Notes: generated by a model from the letters alone, not told the origin. 64,000 nucleotides of DNA from a bacterium (GCA_919901855.1 CAKKQC010000007.1:87517-151516); one strand, 5' to 3'. Counted from the stretch's first letter, positions 44,301 to 53,046 are shown. Program-made: numbers and translations.

Positions 44301-46428
44301 GATTCTGGTGATCACCGAGGACGGGAAGGTCCGGCTCTGGGATCCGCGGACCGGACGGGCGGAAGGCCGGGCTTTCTCGTGCGGGCAGATCCTTGCGCTC
44401 ATCAGAGCCGAGGATGGCTGGCGAGCCCTCGAGGGCCGGCCGGGGTCCTTGCGCATCTGGGACGCAAAGCGGGGTGTGGCCGTGGGCCGGGATCTCTGGA
44501 TGCAGGGCGGGCTAACTTCGGTCTCCGCGTATCCCGGAGGAGGTAGGTTGTTGACCGGATGCAACGATGGTTCCGTCCAGCTCTGGGACCTGCGGACGGG
44601 GAGTCCGATCGGTTCCCCGGTCAGGTTTGCGAACGGCACGCGAAGCGTGGATCTGGGGAAGGACGGCACGGCTGCCGCGTTCAACTGGGTCGAGATGCGG
44701 GTCTGGAGCATCCACGATACCGACACGGCGGTGGAGCCGGATGACCTGGTCCTGCGCGCGCAGGTGATGACCCGCTGCCGGGTGGATGAGGCCGGCCGAA
44801 CGGAAGTCCTGACTCCCGCGGCGTGGCAGGCACTCTCGGCGCGTCTTTCGGCCGGGAAGCCGGCCGGGCCGGAGGGAAGCGGGACGGCGGACTGGTCGGC
44901 CGTAACGAGCCGCGCCCTTTCGGTCGGTGCCGGGCAGGTGGACCTCGCCGGAGCCTTGCGCGAACTGGGCCGGCTGATGTCCAGCGGCGCGCCGATTCTG
45001 GACGCCCTGGACGCCGTCGGCAAGAAATGCTCCGACCGGGCGCTGGCGGAAGCATTCGGCGAAGTCCGCAAGTCGCTCAGGGAGGGGATGTCGCTCGCCG
45101 GGCCCATGCGCGCCACCGGCGCTTTCCCTCCGCTCGTGATCCACCTGGTGTCCGCGGGATGCGAAATAGGCAAGCTGGACGCGATGCTGATCAAGGCGGC
45201 GGACCTGCTTCGGTCGCCGGTGGCGGGGAGCAACAGCGTTAAGGCCGAAACGGCGGCGGCCATGCGAGCGTTTGAGGCCATGACCGCCGCGGATTTGCGG
45301 ACGGGGCAATCGCTGGCGATTATAGGCGAATGGACAGCGAATACCGAGTTGCGCAAGGTCCTGTCGGGCATGGCGGACGAGCTCAACAGGAAAGTCAGCC
45401 TTCCCGCGGTTCTTGCCGCTCATGTGAACGTCTTCGGCGCCACCTGGCTCGGCAGAATCCCGCGCGGTAGCGAAGGAGACTGGAATGCGGTACTGAAAGC
45501 GCTTGCCGACTCCCTCGAGGAGGAGTTGATGAGGAGCGGAGTGGCGGGGAGCAACGCAGGAGGCTCCGTTGACGTGATGGAATGGGCGCTCAGCCGGGGC
45601 GGTGGGGGAGGGACAGCCGGCACTGGGCCGTTGCCGTTAGGCGATCTGGGGTTGGATCGGTCTGAGCAGGGCGCGATCGACCGCGCTTTGTCCGCCGGGC
45701 GGGGTCTCATCCTGTTCACGGGACCTGACGGGTCCGGCAAGACGACCACGGCCATTGCAGCCTTGGCCCGCGTCCGCGGCAAGAAGATCCACCTGGTGGG
45801 GGAGCATGTCGAGGAGTTGGAGCGTGCGGGAGCTTCCTTCCTTTCGACCGCCGGGGGTGGATTGGGATCCGCGCTCGAGTTGCTCGCGAAGAAGCCCGCA
45901 GGCGTGGTCCTCGTGGGCGACCTCGGGGATGCCTCCGAAATCCGGCTCGTCGGCAAGCTCGTTGCCGCAGGGCACCTGGTTATAGCCGTGGCCAGGGGCG
46001 ACGACTGCGCGGAGGTGGTTGCGCGGTTTGCCGGGCTCGTGGACCCGGCCACGGGGAAGCCGGTCGATGCCAAGGCGTTTTCCGACGCGCTCTCGCTGGT
46101 CGTTTCCCAGCGCCTGCTCCGCCGGGTATGCCGCGCCTGCGCGATACCCGCGGGGGACGGGACTGGCGAGTTCGCGGGCGTCTCCCTCATGAAGGGCGCG
46201 GGATGCCCGGCGTGCGGCAATTCGGGGTTCAAGGGCCGGGTCGCATCCTTCGAGCTTCTCCCGGCCACGGCGGCGGTCCGCGCCGCGGTGGCGAAGCGGG
46301 CCCGGGTGGAAGTCATCCGGAGTCTTGCGCTCAAGGAGGGCCTGATCCCGATGCGTCAGGCGGCGGTCGCGCAAGTTAAGGCCGGGCTGACGACGCCAGA
46401 TGAGTTCAGGAAGGGAGGGTTCCGCTAG
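41389..46428 (+). CDS. Ser/Thr kinase, TM, WD40 propeller, GspF-like cytoplasmic domain and GspE/PilB-like ATPase domain fusion (paralog 2, 1679 aa)
   Basis: Track ORF. N-terminal 330 aa ~90% identical to paralog 1; TM AILVAVCGIALVALAGAF; WD40 repeats; GMSLAGPMRATGAFPPLVIHLVSAGCEIGKLDAMLIKAADLL (T2SSF-like); LILFTGPDGSGKTTT (Walker A); VVLVGDLGD where GspE has VGEIRD; CRACAIP...GCPACGNSGFKGRVASFELL tetracysteine motif. Confidence 0.8.
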   Translation: MTEPATPRTPPPDDFDGTLRQTDEAVGKTRDLSVPTGVEQQANAPRIAGYVLTALLGQGAYAQVWKAWQVRTRKWVAIKCFLARGGVNWMLLQREMERLIRLDKHPHIVSLLDADLTADPAWYALDLLEAGSLEQYVDPAKLVGVDSAAKWMEEIAEALSYVHTKGIIHCDLKPANVLLDDMGHARVADFGQSKVLNESSGALGTLFYMAPEQAMISQGGAGIQPDVRWDVYALGASAYAVLTGKVPNLESLKDRLTTSPGLEDRLSAYRELTRGAVLPSAREVRGLVVDEDLSAIVGKCLAYDPDARYDSMGAVLADLKARRESRPVTPLAASRRYRTGKFLRRNAILVAVCGIALVALAGAFSQVVRKQRLATRQLADSYLLRAEQMAAQDDVPAAAIYSAEANRILPSAVARMNGMAFLSEMDMPVFEARDEHELKLADFCADGAQIVTLCDEGEIRRWDAETGKPVRGTVKLAGAGPGIAFAEISQDRRTLLTCGDGGKAWGGVTVRVWDVATGKAMGEPLKMGPLMTIGGWNLGAIFSPDGGRVLTFGNSAVARLWDGRNLRAVGKGFVCGSTVRAAAFSPDGMSVATGGQDGVQLWNIKSGKALNLRHGAEVSQISFSRDGRLLVVAGGAGVRVWDTRTGKQVGLEFRHDKDVKFAALSPDGSGLLTGGDDQTGRMWDVGTGELVRGDLRHHGMLLGGEFSQYGTRVLTGAADNTARVWGPEPGNPPLLVLHHERRLLDAVFGPDGTKILTRMEGGSVRIWDVAQADRKVRTIRPSPWLADVRFNPRRNLMAVVDGYGAITLFRRARRGWTYVAKHPSLGGIQKVFLDSEGKRVVGVGWDNSLAIRDAGNGEIVAQVPPGPGECLLAMPSPDGLRIVTVSRDAGSGDFVFRAFRMEDGKPDGKPFTAKGGAPWLALSPDCRNVVLKSGDGKTTRVFDLATGSQVGSDMRHDSIVRYVHYGQDGEGILVITEDGKVRLWDPRTGRAEGRAFSCGQILALIRAEDGWRALEGRPGSLRIWDAKRGVAVGRDLWMQGGLTSVSAYPGGGRLLTGCNDGSVQLWDLRTGSPIGSPVRFANGTRSVDLGKDGTAAAFNWVEMRVWSIHDTDTAVEPDDLVLRAQVMTRCRVDEAGRTEVLTPAAWQALSARLSAGKPAGPEGSGTADWSAVTSRALSVGAGQVDLAGALRELGRLMSSGAPILDALDAVGKKCSDRALAEAFGEVRKSLREGMSLAGPMRATGAFPPLVIHLVSAGCEIGKLDAMLIKAADLLRSPVAGSNSVKAETAAAMRAFEAMTAADLRTGQSLAIIGEWTANTELRKVLSGMADELNRKVSLPAVLAAHVNVFGATWLGRIPRGSEGDWNAVLKALADSLEEELMRSGVAGSNAGGSVDVMEWALSRGGGGGTAGTGPLPLGDLGLDRSEQGAIDRALSAGRGLILFTGPDGSGKTTTAIAALARVRGKKIHLVGEHVEELERAGASFLSTAGGGLGSALELLAKKPAGVVLVGDLGDASEIRLVGKLVAAGHLVIAVARGDDCAEVVARFAGLVDPATGKPVDAKAFSDALSLVVSQRLLRRVCRACAIPAGDGTGEFAGVSLMKGAGCPACGNSGFKGRVASFELLPATAAVRAAVAKRARVEVIRSLALKEGLIPMRQAAVAQVKAGLTTPDEFRKGGFR
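41407..42400. repeat. Direct repeat copy 2 of the kinase-domain coding region
   Basis: See copy 1. Confidence 0.7.
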
Positions 46429-46483
46429 ATATGCCAAGTGAAACGCACAACCCGCGCCGATCCGCAGCAGGAAAAGTGAAGCC

Positions 46484-48172
46484 ATGAGCTGGTTCATCGA
46501 GGCGCGGCCGAAGGGCGGAACGCCTGTAAGGCTCGAGATCATGCCCGGGAAGCCGGTAGTGATCGGCCGGTCCGACCAGGCGGACATGAAGGTTGCGGGC
46601 GACGGGTTCCTGAGCAGGCGGCATGTGGAGGTCAAGCTAGACGGGAAGCGGCTCGCGGTTCGCCGGCTCGAAGGCGCGTCGAACCCGGTCCTCTTCCGTG
46701 GCCAGGAGTCGGCGGAGTTCGCGATGGGGACCAACGACTGGTTCGCGATCGGGGAGACCCGGTTCGTCCTGCTCGGCGGCGAGGGAATGGTGCCGATCAA
46801 GACCGAAACGGACGACGCCCCCGCGGTCCAGCACACGATGAGCGAGGCCGACCTCTACGCGATGGGGGGGCGGGCGGACCGCATGCGGCTCCTGGACCTC
46901 GTCGAGCTGCCCGAGATGCTGAGGTCGATGAAGCGTGAGGAGTTCTTCGTGCACCTCGCCGGGATGATCCGGCTGGCCACCGACGCCCGATGGGCGGCGG
47001 TGGCGAACGAGAACGGCGAGGTGATCGCCCGGGACTGCATCGAGGACGCGCCGGCGGAATGGCGGATGAGCCGGTCCGTGATCAAGGCGGCCTTGCGCGA
47101 CGCGCCGCGGCCGACGCTGTGCGTCTGGGGCGGGACCGCCGGGTTCGAGGCGACGGTGCAGGAGGGGACCGACTGGGCGATCTGCGCCGCGATGAAGGTT
47201 CCGGGCGGCGCCCCGCTCGTGCTCTATGCCGCGGGCGAGGGGGGGGAGGAAGCCGCGCGCCGGCACGAGGAGAACTCGCGGTTCATTGGCCTCGTCGCGG
47301 ACATGGTGGGGCGCAGCCTCTCGGTCCACCGGCTGGAGTCGTGGCAGGGGCGCCTCGAGCACTACTTCTCCGGGCCCGTCATCTCCAAGATCCTGGAGTC
47401 CAGCGATCCCAAGGGGCTGGAGCCCCGGATCTCGCCGGCGACGATCATGTTCTTCGACATCCGCGGGTTCTCGAAGCGCACGGAGGGGCAGAACGAGCGC
47501 ATCCTGTCCTACCTGGGGGAGCTCCGCCGGATCATGACCGCGATGACCGAGGAGATCTTCAACGAGGGCGGCAACGTGCTCCAGTATCTGGGCGACGGCA
47601 TCATGGCGTGCTGGAACGTCCCGATCGAGGTGCCGAACCACGTGGACGGGGCGGTCCGCGCCGCGATGCGGATGGCCACGCGCCTTGGGGAAATGACCGA
47701 CGGCTGGAAGTGCGGGATCGGGCTGCACACGGGCGACGTCGTGGCGGGGTCGCTGGGGTCGGACCTCATGTTCTCGTACGGGGTCATGGGCGCGGTCGTG
47801 AACCAGTCGTCCCGGGTGGAGGGGATCACGAAGCACGTCGAGACCCCGATCCTGGTGACGAAGGAGATCGCGGAAAAGCTCTCGCCGGCGGTGGCGTTGA
47901 CCAGGCGGATCGGCCGGTTCCAGCCTGCGGGCATGCACGTCGCGCTCGATCTCTACGAGCCCCTGCCGCCCGACGCCGAGCGCGAGCCGCTCGCCGTCTA
48001 CGCGAAGGGCCTCGAGATCTTCGAGCGGGGCGACTGGGAGGAAGCCTACAAGGTCCTCGACCAGCTCGGCCACGAGGACCGGCCGGCGCGGTTCATCAAG
48101 GCGCTGGCCGAGAGCTACCGGCGCCATCCCCCCAAGGGCTGGCAGGGCATCATCGAGTTGAGCGAGAAGTAG
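46484..48172 (+). CDS. FHA-domain-containing class III adenylate/guanylate cyclase
   Basis: Track ORF; N-terminal FHA (PVVIGRSDQADMKVAGDGFLSRRHVEVK...NPVLFRG); C-terminal cyclase homology domain (MFFDIRGFSKRTEG...YLGDGIMACWN...GLHTGDVVAGSLGS). Confidence 0.8.
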   Translation: MSWFIEARPKGGTPVRLEIMPGKPVVIGRSDQADMKVAGDGFLSRRHVEVKLDGKRLAVRRLEGASNPVLFRGQESAEFAMGTNDWFAIGETRFVLLGGEGMVPIKTETDDAPAVQHTMSEADLYAMGGRADRMRLLDLVELPEMLRSMKREEFFVHLAGMIRLATDARWAAVANENGEVIARDCIEDAPAEWRMSRSVIKAALRDAPRPTLCVWGGTAGFEATVQEGTDWAICAAMKVPGGAPLVLYAAGEGGEEAARRHEENSRFIGLVADMVGRSLSVHRLESWQGRLEHYFSGPVISKILESSDPKGLEPRISPATIMFFDIRGFSKRTEGQNERILSYLGELRRIMTAMTEEIFNEGGNVLQYLGDGIMACWNVPIEVPNHVDGAVRAAMRMATRLGEMTDGWKCGIGLHTGDVVAGSLGSDLMFSYGVMGAVVNQSSRVEGITKHVETPILVTKEIAEKLSPAVALTRRIGRFQPAGMHVALDLYEPLPPDAEREPLAVYAKGLEIFERGDWEEAYKVLDQLGHEDRPARFIKALAESYRRHPPKGWQGIIELSEK

Positions 48173-48183
48173 GCTCTCGGGCG

Positions 48184-48555
48184 CTACGGGCGGGGAAGGC
48201 GCCGGGGGAGGCGGGTGATCAATTGCCGCGCGATCTCCTCGTCGACGGCGAGGTCCGAGGTTTCCTCGGAGAGGTAGCCGGTCACCTCGGCGCGGATCCC
48301 GTCGAAAAGCCGGGCCGCGGGTGTGTCCGCTCTCGCGGCGCGACCCTGGGAAAGCTCGTGGCTCACGATCCGGACCCGCTTGGCCAGCTCCCGGACGCAG
48401 AGGTCGTGGACGGCCGCGATCAGTTCCTGCGGCGTCGCTCCGGTCCGTCCGTGCCGGGTTAGCAGGAGCACGAGCGCCCGGCGGAACCGCGCCCGGCGCT
48501 GGTTCAGCAGGCGGTCAATCCTGACGCGGATCGCGGTCGGGGAGATCGGGGGCAT
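48184..48555 (-). CDS. Hypothetical small protein (possible DNA-binding)
   Basis: Track ORF 48184..48657 trimmed to internal Met (MPPISPTAIRVRIDRLL). Overlaps the upstream gene's stop by ~40 nt; weak call. Confidence 0.4.
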   Translation of the reverse strand: MPPISPTAIRVRIDRLLNQRRARFRRALVLLLTRHGRTGATPQELIAAVHDLCVRELAKRVRIVSHELSQGRAARADTPAARLFDGIRAEVTGYLSEETSDLAVDEEIARQLITRLPRRLPRP

Positions 48556-49021
48556 TCTTCGGGTCCTCCGGCTTCGATGATCCTCCCGGGGGCTTCGGGG
48601 GGGATGTGACGTCCGACACCGGGGTCGAGGCGACCCTGGCGGCATCCTCGGCCGCATCCACTTCCCGGTCGTGCCGGCGCGCCATCTCTTCCTCGCCGAG
48701 TTCCTCGGCCATGATCTGCTCGAGCGACTGCCAGCGCGCGCCGGTCAGGGAGGCGCGCTGGCTGAACTGGAGGTCCTTCCAGACCTGATTCGCGTATTCA
48801 TGCCCGGCCATGGCTCCGGCCCGCCAGCCGAACCAGGCGACCGGGAGCAGCAGGATGATCGTCCAGCGCGTGGGGTTCTCGGTCATCCCGGGGAGGAACA
48901 GCCAGATGATCTCCCGGCCGATCAGGACCGCCATGGCGGTGCAGATGAGGATGGCGAACCAGCGCTTGCGCCTGGCCTCCCGGAACCGGGCCCGGAAGGC
49001 CTCCGGCGAGGTGTCGTCCAT
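48515..49021 (-). CDS. Hypothetical membrane protein (2 TM) with low-complexity C-terminal tail
   Basis: Track ORF; WFAILICTAMAVLIGREIIWLFLPGM and WTIILLLPVAWFGWRAGAMAG. Confidence 0.5.
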   Translation of the reverse strand: MDDTSPEAFRARFREARRKRWFAILICTAMAVLIGREIIWLFLPGMTENPTRWTIILLLPVAWFGWRAGAMAGHEYANQVWKDLQFSQRASLTGARWQSLEQIMAEELGEEEMARRHDREVDAAEDAARVASTPVSDVTSPPKPPGGSSKPEDPKNAPDLPDRDPRQD

Positions 49022-49045
49022 GTCCGTATCTTATCCGAGAGTACA

Positions 49046-50080
49046 ATGATTCCGATGAAAGCCGCCATGCTCACCGGGCCCCGCCGGATCGCCGTGCTCG
49101 AGGTGCCTGTCCCGCGTCCGAAACGGGGGGAAGCGCTCGTGCGGGTGCGGGCGGTGGGCATCTGCCGGTCAGACCTCCACTACTACCTTCACGGCCGGAT
49201 CGGGAGCCAGGTGGTGGAGTCGTACCCGCAGGCGCTCGGCCACGAGCCCGCGGGGGAAGTGGCGGCGCTGGGACCGGGGGTCCGGGGACTCCGGGTCGGC
49301 GACCGGGTAGCCGTCGAGCCCGCGGTCCCCTGCGGGAAGTGCGCGATGTGCCGGGCGGGGCGCGGGAACATCTGCGCGAAGGTCCGGTTTCTCGGGATGC
49401 CGGGTCTGCCCGGGGCCTTCTGCGAATACCTGGCTTGGCCGGCCGCGAGTCTCGCCAGGATCCCGGCGTCGGTGTCGTTCGCCGAGGCCGCCGCCCTCGA
49501 GCCGTTCGCCATCGGCGTCCACGCGGTTTCGCTCTTCGGATCGCGTCGAATCCGCACGGCCGCCGTCGTAGGGTGCGGCCCGGTCGGGGTCTCGGTGGTC
49601 GCCGCGCTGACATTCCGGCGCGCGGCGGTGACGGCCTGCGACTACGTTCCGGCGCGGCTCCGCGTCGCCCGGCGAATGGGCGCCGGTCGCACCATTCGGA
49701 TCGATCCGCGACGTCCCATGGGGCTTCAGGCGGCCGCGCTGGGGGCTCCCGAAGTCGTCGTCGAGGCCGGCGGCACCACCGAGTCGCTCGATCTCGCGAT
49801 CCGGGTCATCAGGGCCGGCGGGACGATCGCGGTAATCGGGATCATGGACGAGGACCTGACCCCCGTGGACCTGCACGTGGCGCGGCGCAAGGAGCTCGTG
49901 ATCCTGAACGTGCGCCGGTCGAACGGCGAGCTGCCCGCGTGCATCCGCCTGCTGGCGTCCCGCCGCGTCGATCTGCGTCCCATGGTGACCCACCAGGGGG
50001 GGCTTTCTGACGCGGCCCGGCTCTTCCGGCTCGCGGCCGGCCGCTCGGGCGGCGTCGTCAAAGCGCTCATCCTGCCGTAA
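49046..50080 (+). CDS. Zn-dependent medium-chain dehydrogenase/reductase (threonine/sorbitol-dehydrogenase-like)
   Basis: Part of track ORF 48671..50080 from ATG 49046 (MIPMKAAMLTGPRRIAVLEV); GICRSDLHYY, GHEPAGEV and CGKCAMCRAGRGNIC zinc sites. Confidence 0.8.
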   Translation: MIPMKAAMLTGPRRIAVLEVPVPRPKRGEALVRVRAVGICRSDLHYYLHGRIGSQVVESYPQALGHEPAGEVAALGPGVRGLRVGDRVAVEPAVPCGKCAMCRAGRGNICAKVRFLGMPGLPGAFCEYLAWPAASLARIPASVSFAEAAALEPFAIGVHAVSLFGSRRIRTAAVVGCGPVGVSVVAALTFRRAAVTACDYVPARLRVARRMGAGRTIRIDPRRPMGLQAAALGAPEVVVEAGGTTESLDLAIRVIRAGGTIAVIGIMDEDLTPVDLHVARRKELVILNVRRSNGELPACIRLLASRRVDLRPMVTHQGGLSDAARLFRLAAGRSGGVVKALILP

Positions 50081-50092
50081 GCGCCACCCGTA

Positions 50093-52000
50093 ATGCTGCT
50101 GCCCGACGATACGATCCCCTCGCTCTACCGCCGCATCGCCCGCGGATTCGGCGAGACCTTCTGGGACGAGGGCGCGCGGCTGCTCCGGGACCCCGGCCGG
50201 CCGGGGAAGCACCTGACCCGGGATTCCCTGTACTTCGCCCGGGTCCTCCTGGACCTGCGCGACGAGGTGCAGTCGGCGCGGGCGGCCGGGATCGTCGACG
50301 CCGTCCTCGACACGCAGGTGACGCGGGAGGGGAGCGAGCACTGCGGCAACTTCCCGTGGGGGGCCGAGGACGGGGAGGCGGGCACCTGGGACCCGAACTG
50401 GGCGTGCTTCAACGCCGCGACCCTGCTGGAGCTGCTCGTCTGGCACCGGACCCGGCTGCCCGACGCGACCGTGGCGCGCGCCGAGCGCGCGCTGGCCCTG
50501 TGCGCGGAACACGATCTGGCCCGGTGGGTCGCCCCCGCGTACACGAACATCGCCCTGCTCAGCTCCCTCTGCCTGGCCGGCGCCGGGGAGGTCCTGCGGA
50601 ACCGCGATTTCGCGGAGGCGGGCCGGGAGAAGCTTCGCGAGACCGACGCCTGCGTCGCCACGACCGGGGCGTTCGACGAGTACAACTCGCCGACGTATAC
50701 GGCCGTCAACCTGCGGGCGCTGGCCGGGATCCTCGCGTTCGTCAAGGACGGGGAGGTCCTCGGCGTGGCGGAGAAGCTCCGGCGGTTCCAGTGGGAGGAG
50801 CTCCTCGATCGCGTCCACCTGCCGACCGGCCAGTTGGCCGGCCCGCACGGCCGCGCGTACGGCCGGGACATGCTCCGCGACACGCGGGGCCACGTGAAAT
50901 GGTATCTCTTCCGCGCGCTCGGGGAGGCCTTTCCGGTCGGGGTCGAGGCGGACGCCACGCCGTCGGACCTCTTCCCGGGCCTGATCCTGCTCGATCCCGA
51001 CTGCCCGGAAGACCTGCTGCACGCGTGGCGGAGGCGCCGTCTGCCGCGCTCCGTGTCGATGATCACGGACTCGTGCTCGCGGTCGGTGCCCCTCCCCGAA
51101 TCCCGCCGGTTCCCGCCGCTGTGGCGGTCGCGCGCCGGGCGCGAGGCGTGGAAAACCCTCGTCGAGAGCAAGGGGGCGCCGGGCACGCCGGGGTTCCTGG
51201 GCCAGGTCCAGTGCGCGACTACGCACCTCGCCGGGCTCTGGTGCCTCGGGAGCGCGAGCGCGGAGGCGCTCGGCGACCAGGCCCAGCCGCTCATCGCGCA
51301 CTGGGCGAACGCGGACCGGCCCGACCGCGGGAACTCGTTCGCGGCCCTGGCACTCCGCGAGCACGGGGGCAAGCTCGAGCGGTTCGGCGGCGCGGTCCTG
51401 TGCTGCGCGCAGCACGGCGGCCGGGTGCTCGGCCTGCTGCGGTTCGGACTGGACCCCGAAGACCGCTCCGCCCCGTCGGCGGCGCGCGCAGTGCTCGCGT
51501 TCCAGGTCAACGCGGACGCGAACCCCGAAGTGGTTGTACACGGAGGCTCCCGGGCCATGCCTCTGGCTCCGCCGCCCGACGTGGACGAGACCGTGCCCCT
51601 GCACCGGGGCATCGTCTTCAAGTCGAACGGCGTCCTTTGCGGCGTGCGCGTACTCCAGGCCCGCGTCCCGGGCGCGAAGGTCAGCTCCGCGCTCCGCGAC
51701 CTCGCCGCGCCGGGGGCGGGTGCCGAGGGCGAGACCGGCGCGCACCTGATCCTCGAGCCGGTCGAGCTCGCGCTCGGGGCGGAGGCCTACGTCGCGTTCG
51801 CGGTCGAGGTCTGCGAGGAGACCAGGAGCGGGGGGCTCGCCGGGCTGGCGGGCCGGCTCCTGGCGGCCCGGGTGGACGCGGATCGGAGTGCGGACGGGCG
51901 CGTCCGGCTCGCGTGGGGCTCGCAGTTGACGCTGGAAACGTCGGTCAGGGTCCTGGACATCAAGGGCTGGCTCGACCCCGAGGGGGCCGTGCTCACGTGA
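50093..52000 (+). CDS. Hypothetical protein (alpha-helical, unknown family)
   Basis: Track ORF, realistic composition; stop overlaps the next gene's GTG start. Confidence 0.55.
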   Translation: MLLPDDTIPSLYRRIARGFGETFWDEGARLLRDPGRPGKHLTRDSLYFARVLLDLRDEVQSARAAGIVDAVLDTQVTREGSEHCGNFPWGAEDGEAGTWDPNWACFNAATLLELLVWHRTRLPDATVARAERALALCAEHDLARWVAPAYTNIALLSSLCLAGAGEVLRNRDFAEAGREKLRETDACVATTGAFDEYNSPTYTAVNLRALAGILAFVKDGEVLGVAEKLRRFQWEELLDRVHLPTGQLAGPHGRAYGRDMLRDTRGHVKWYLFRALGEAFPVGVEADATPSDLFPGLILLDPDCPEDLLHAWRRRRLPRSVSMITDSCSRSVPLPESRRFPPLWRSRAGREAWKTLVESKGAPGTPGFLGQVQCATTHLAGLWCLGSASAEALGDQAQPLIAHWANADRPDRGNSFAALALREHGGKLERFGGAVLCCAQHGGRVLGLLRFGLDPEDRSAPSAARAVLAFQVNADANPEVVVHGGSRAMPLAPPPDVDETVPLHRGIVFKSNGVLCGVRVLQARVPGAKVSSALRDLAAPGAGAEGETGAHLILEPVELALGAEAYVAFAVEVCEETRSGGLAGLAGRLLAARVDADRSADGRVRLAWGSQLTLETSVRVLDIKGWLDPEGAVLT

Positions 52001-53046
52001 ACCTGCACGACCTCGAGACGCCGTGCGCGATCGTGGACCTCGACCGGCTGGAGGCGAACATCGAGAACCTTCAGGCGTACCTCGGGGGCCACGGCATCGC
52101 GAACCGGCCGCATATGAAGACCCACAAAGTCCCCGAGATCGCGCGGATGCAGATGAAGGCGGGGGCGATCGGGACCACGTGCCAGAAACTCGGGGAGGCC
52201 GAGGTCATGGCCGACGGCGGGATCGAGGACATCTTCCTGCCCTACAACCTGCTGGGGGCGGCCAAGCTCGACCGGCTCGTGAGGCTCGCGCGGCGGGTCA
52301 GGATGAGCGTCACGGCCGATTCGGCCGTCGTGGTAGAGGGTCTCTCCGCCGCGATCGCCAAGGCTGGGCTGACGCTCCCGGTCCTCGTCGAGTTCGACAC
52401 CGGGATCGGCCGGTGCGGGGTGCAGACTCCCGGGGAGGCGCGGGAACTCGCCCGGACGATCGCGGCGTCCCCGGGGCTCGTCTTCGCCGGGCTGATGACC
52501 TATCCGCACAACGAGCAGACCGTGCCCTTCGTCGAGGAGACGACGGCCCTGCTCGGGCGGGACGGGATCAAGCCCGGGATCGTGAGCCTCGGGGGGACGT
52601 CGGGCATGAAACAGGCGCACACGCGCAAGGGGGTGACCGAGTACCGGGCCGGGATGTACGCCTTCGGCGACCGGTCGTCCATCGCGTCGGGCGCGACCAC
52701 GCTGGCGAACAGCGCGCTCACGATCCTGACGACGGTCGTCTCGCGGCCGACGCCGGATCGGGGCATCCTCGACGCGGGGAGCAAGACGATCTCGTCGGAC
52801 CTCCTCGGCCTCACCGGTCACGGGCACGTGGTCGAGTACCCGGAGGCGACGATCGGGAAGCTGACCGAGGAGCACGGCCACGGCGACTTCGGGCCGTGCG
52901 CGCGGAAACCGAAGATCGGGGAACGGGTACGGGTGATCCCGAACCACTGCTGCCAGATCGCCAACCTGCTGGGGACCCTCTACGGGGTGCGGGGCGAGGA
53001 GGTCCGGATCGTCTGGCCGGTCCTGGCCAGAGGAAAAGTTCAGTAG
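51997..53046 (+). CDS. PLP-dependent DSD1-family enzyme (D-serine deaminase / D-threonine aldolase-like, alanine-racemase N-terminal fold)
   Basis: 3' part of track ORF 50356..53046 from GTG 51997 (VNLHDLETPCAIVDLDRLEANI); RPHMKTHK Lys motif. Confidence 0.7.
   Translation: MNLHDLETPCAIVDLDRLEANIENLQAYLGGHGIANRPHMKTHKVPEIARMQMKAGAIGTTCQKLGEAEVMADGGIEDIFLPYNLLGAAKLDRLVRLARRVRMSVTADSAVVVEGLSAAIAKAGLTLPVLVEFDTGIGRCGVQTPGEARELARTIAASPGLVFAGLMTYPHNEQTVPFVEETTALLGRDGIKPGIVSLGGTSGMKQAHTRKGVTEYRAGMYAFGDRSSIASGATTLANSALTILTTVVSRPTPDRGILDAGSKTISSDLLGLTGHGHVVEYPEATIGKLTEEHGHGDFGPCARKPKIGERVRVIPNHCCQIANLLGTLYGVRGEEVRIVWPVLARGKVQ

Noticed and set aside
43597-51745. ORFs 43597..44280 (-), 44280..45386 (-), 44512..45423 (-), 45420..46334 (-), 45637..46836 (-), 46637..48127 (-), 46990..48462 (+), 49169..51745 (-), 50125..51621 (-), 50356..51996 (+ part)
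   Set aside because: They are shadows of kinase 2, the FHA-cyclase, the ADH and the hypothetical gene. They have biased composition and no motifs. The true frames carry Walker A, CHD and ADH zinc motifs.
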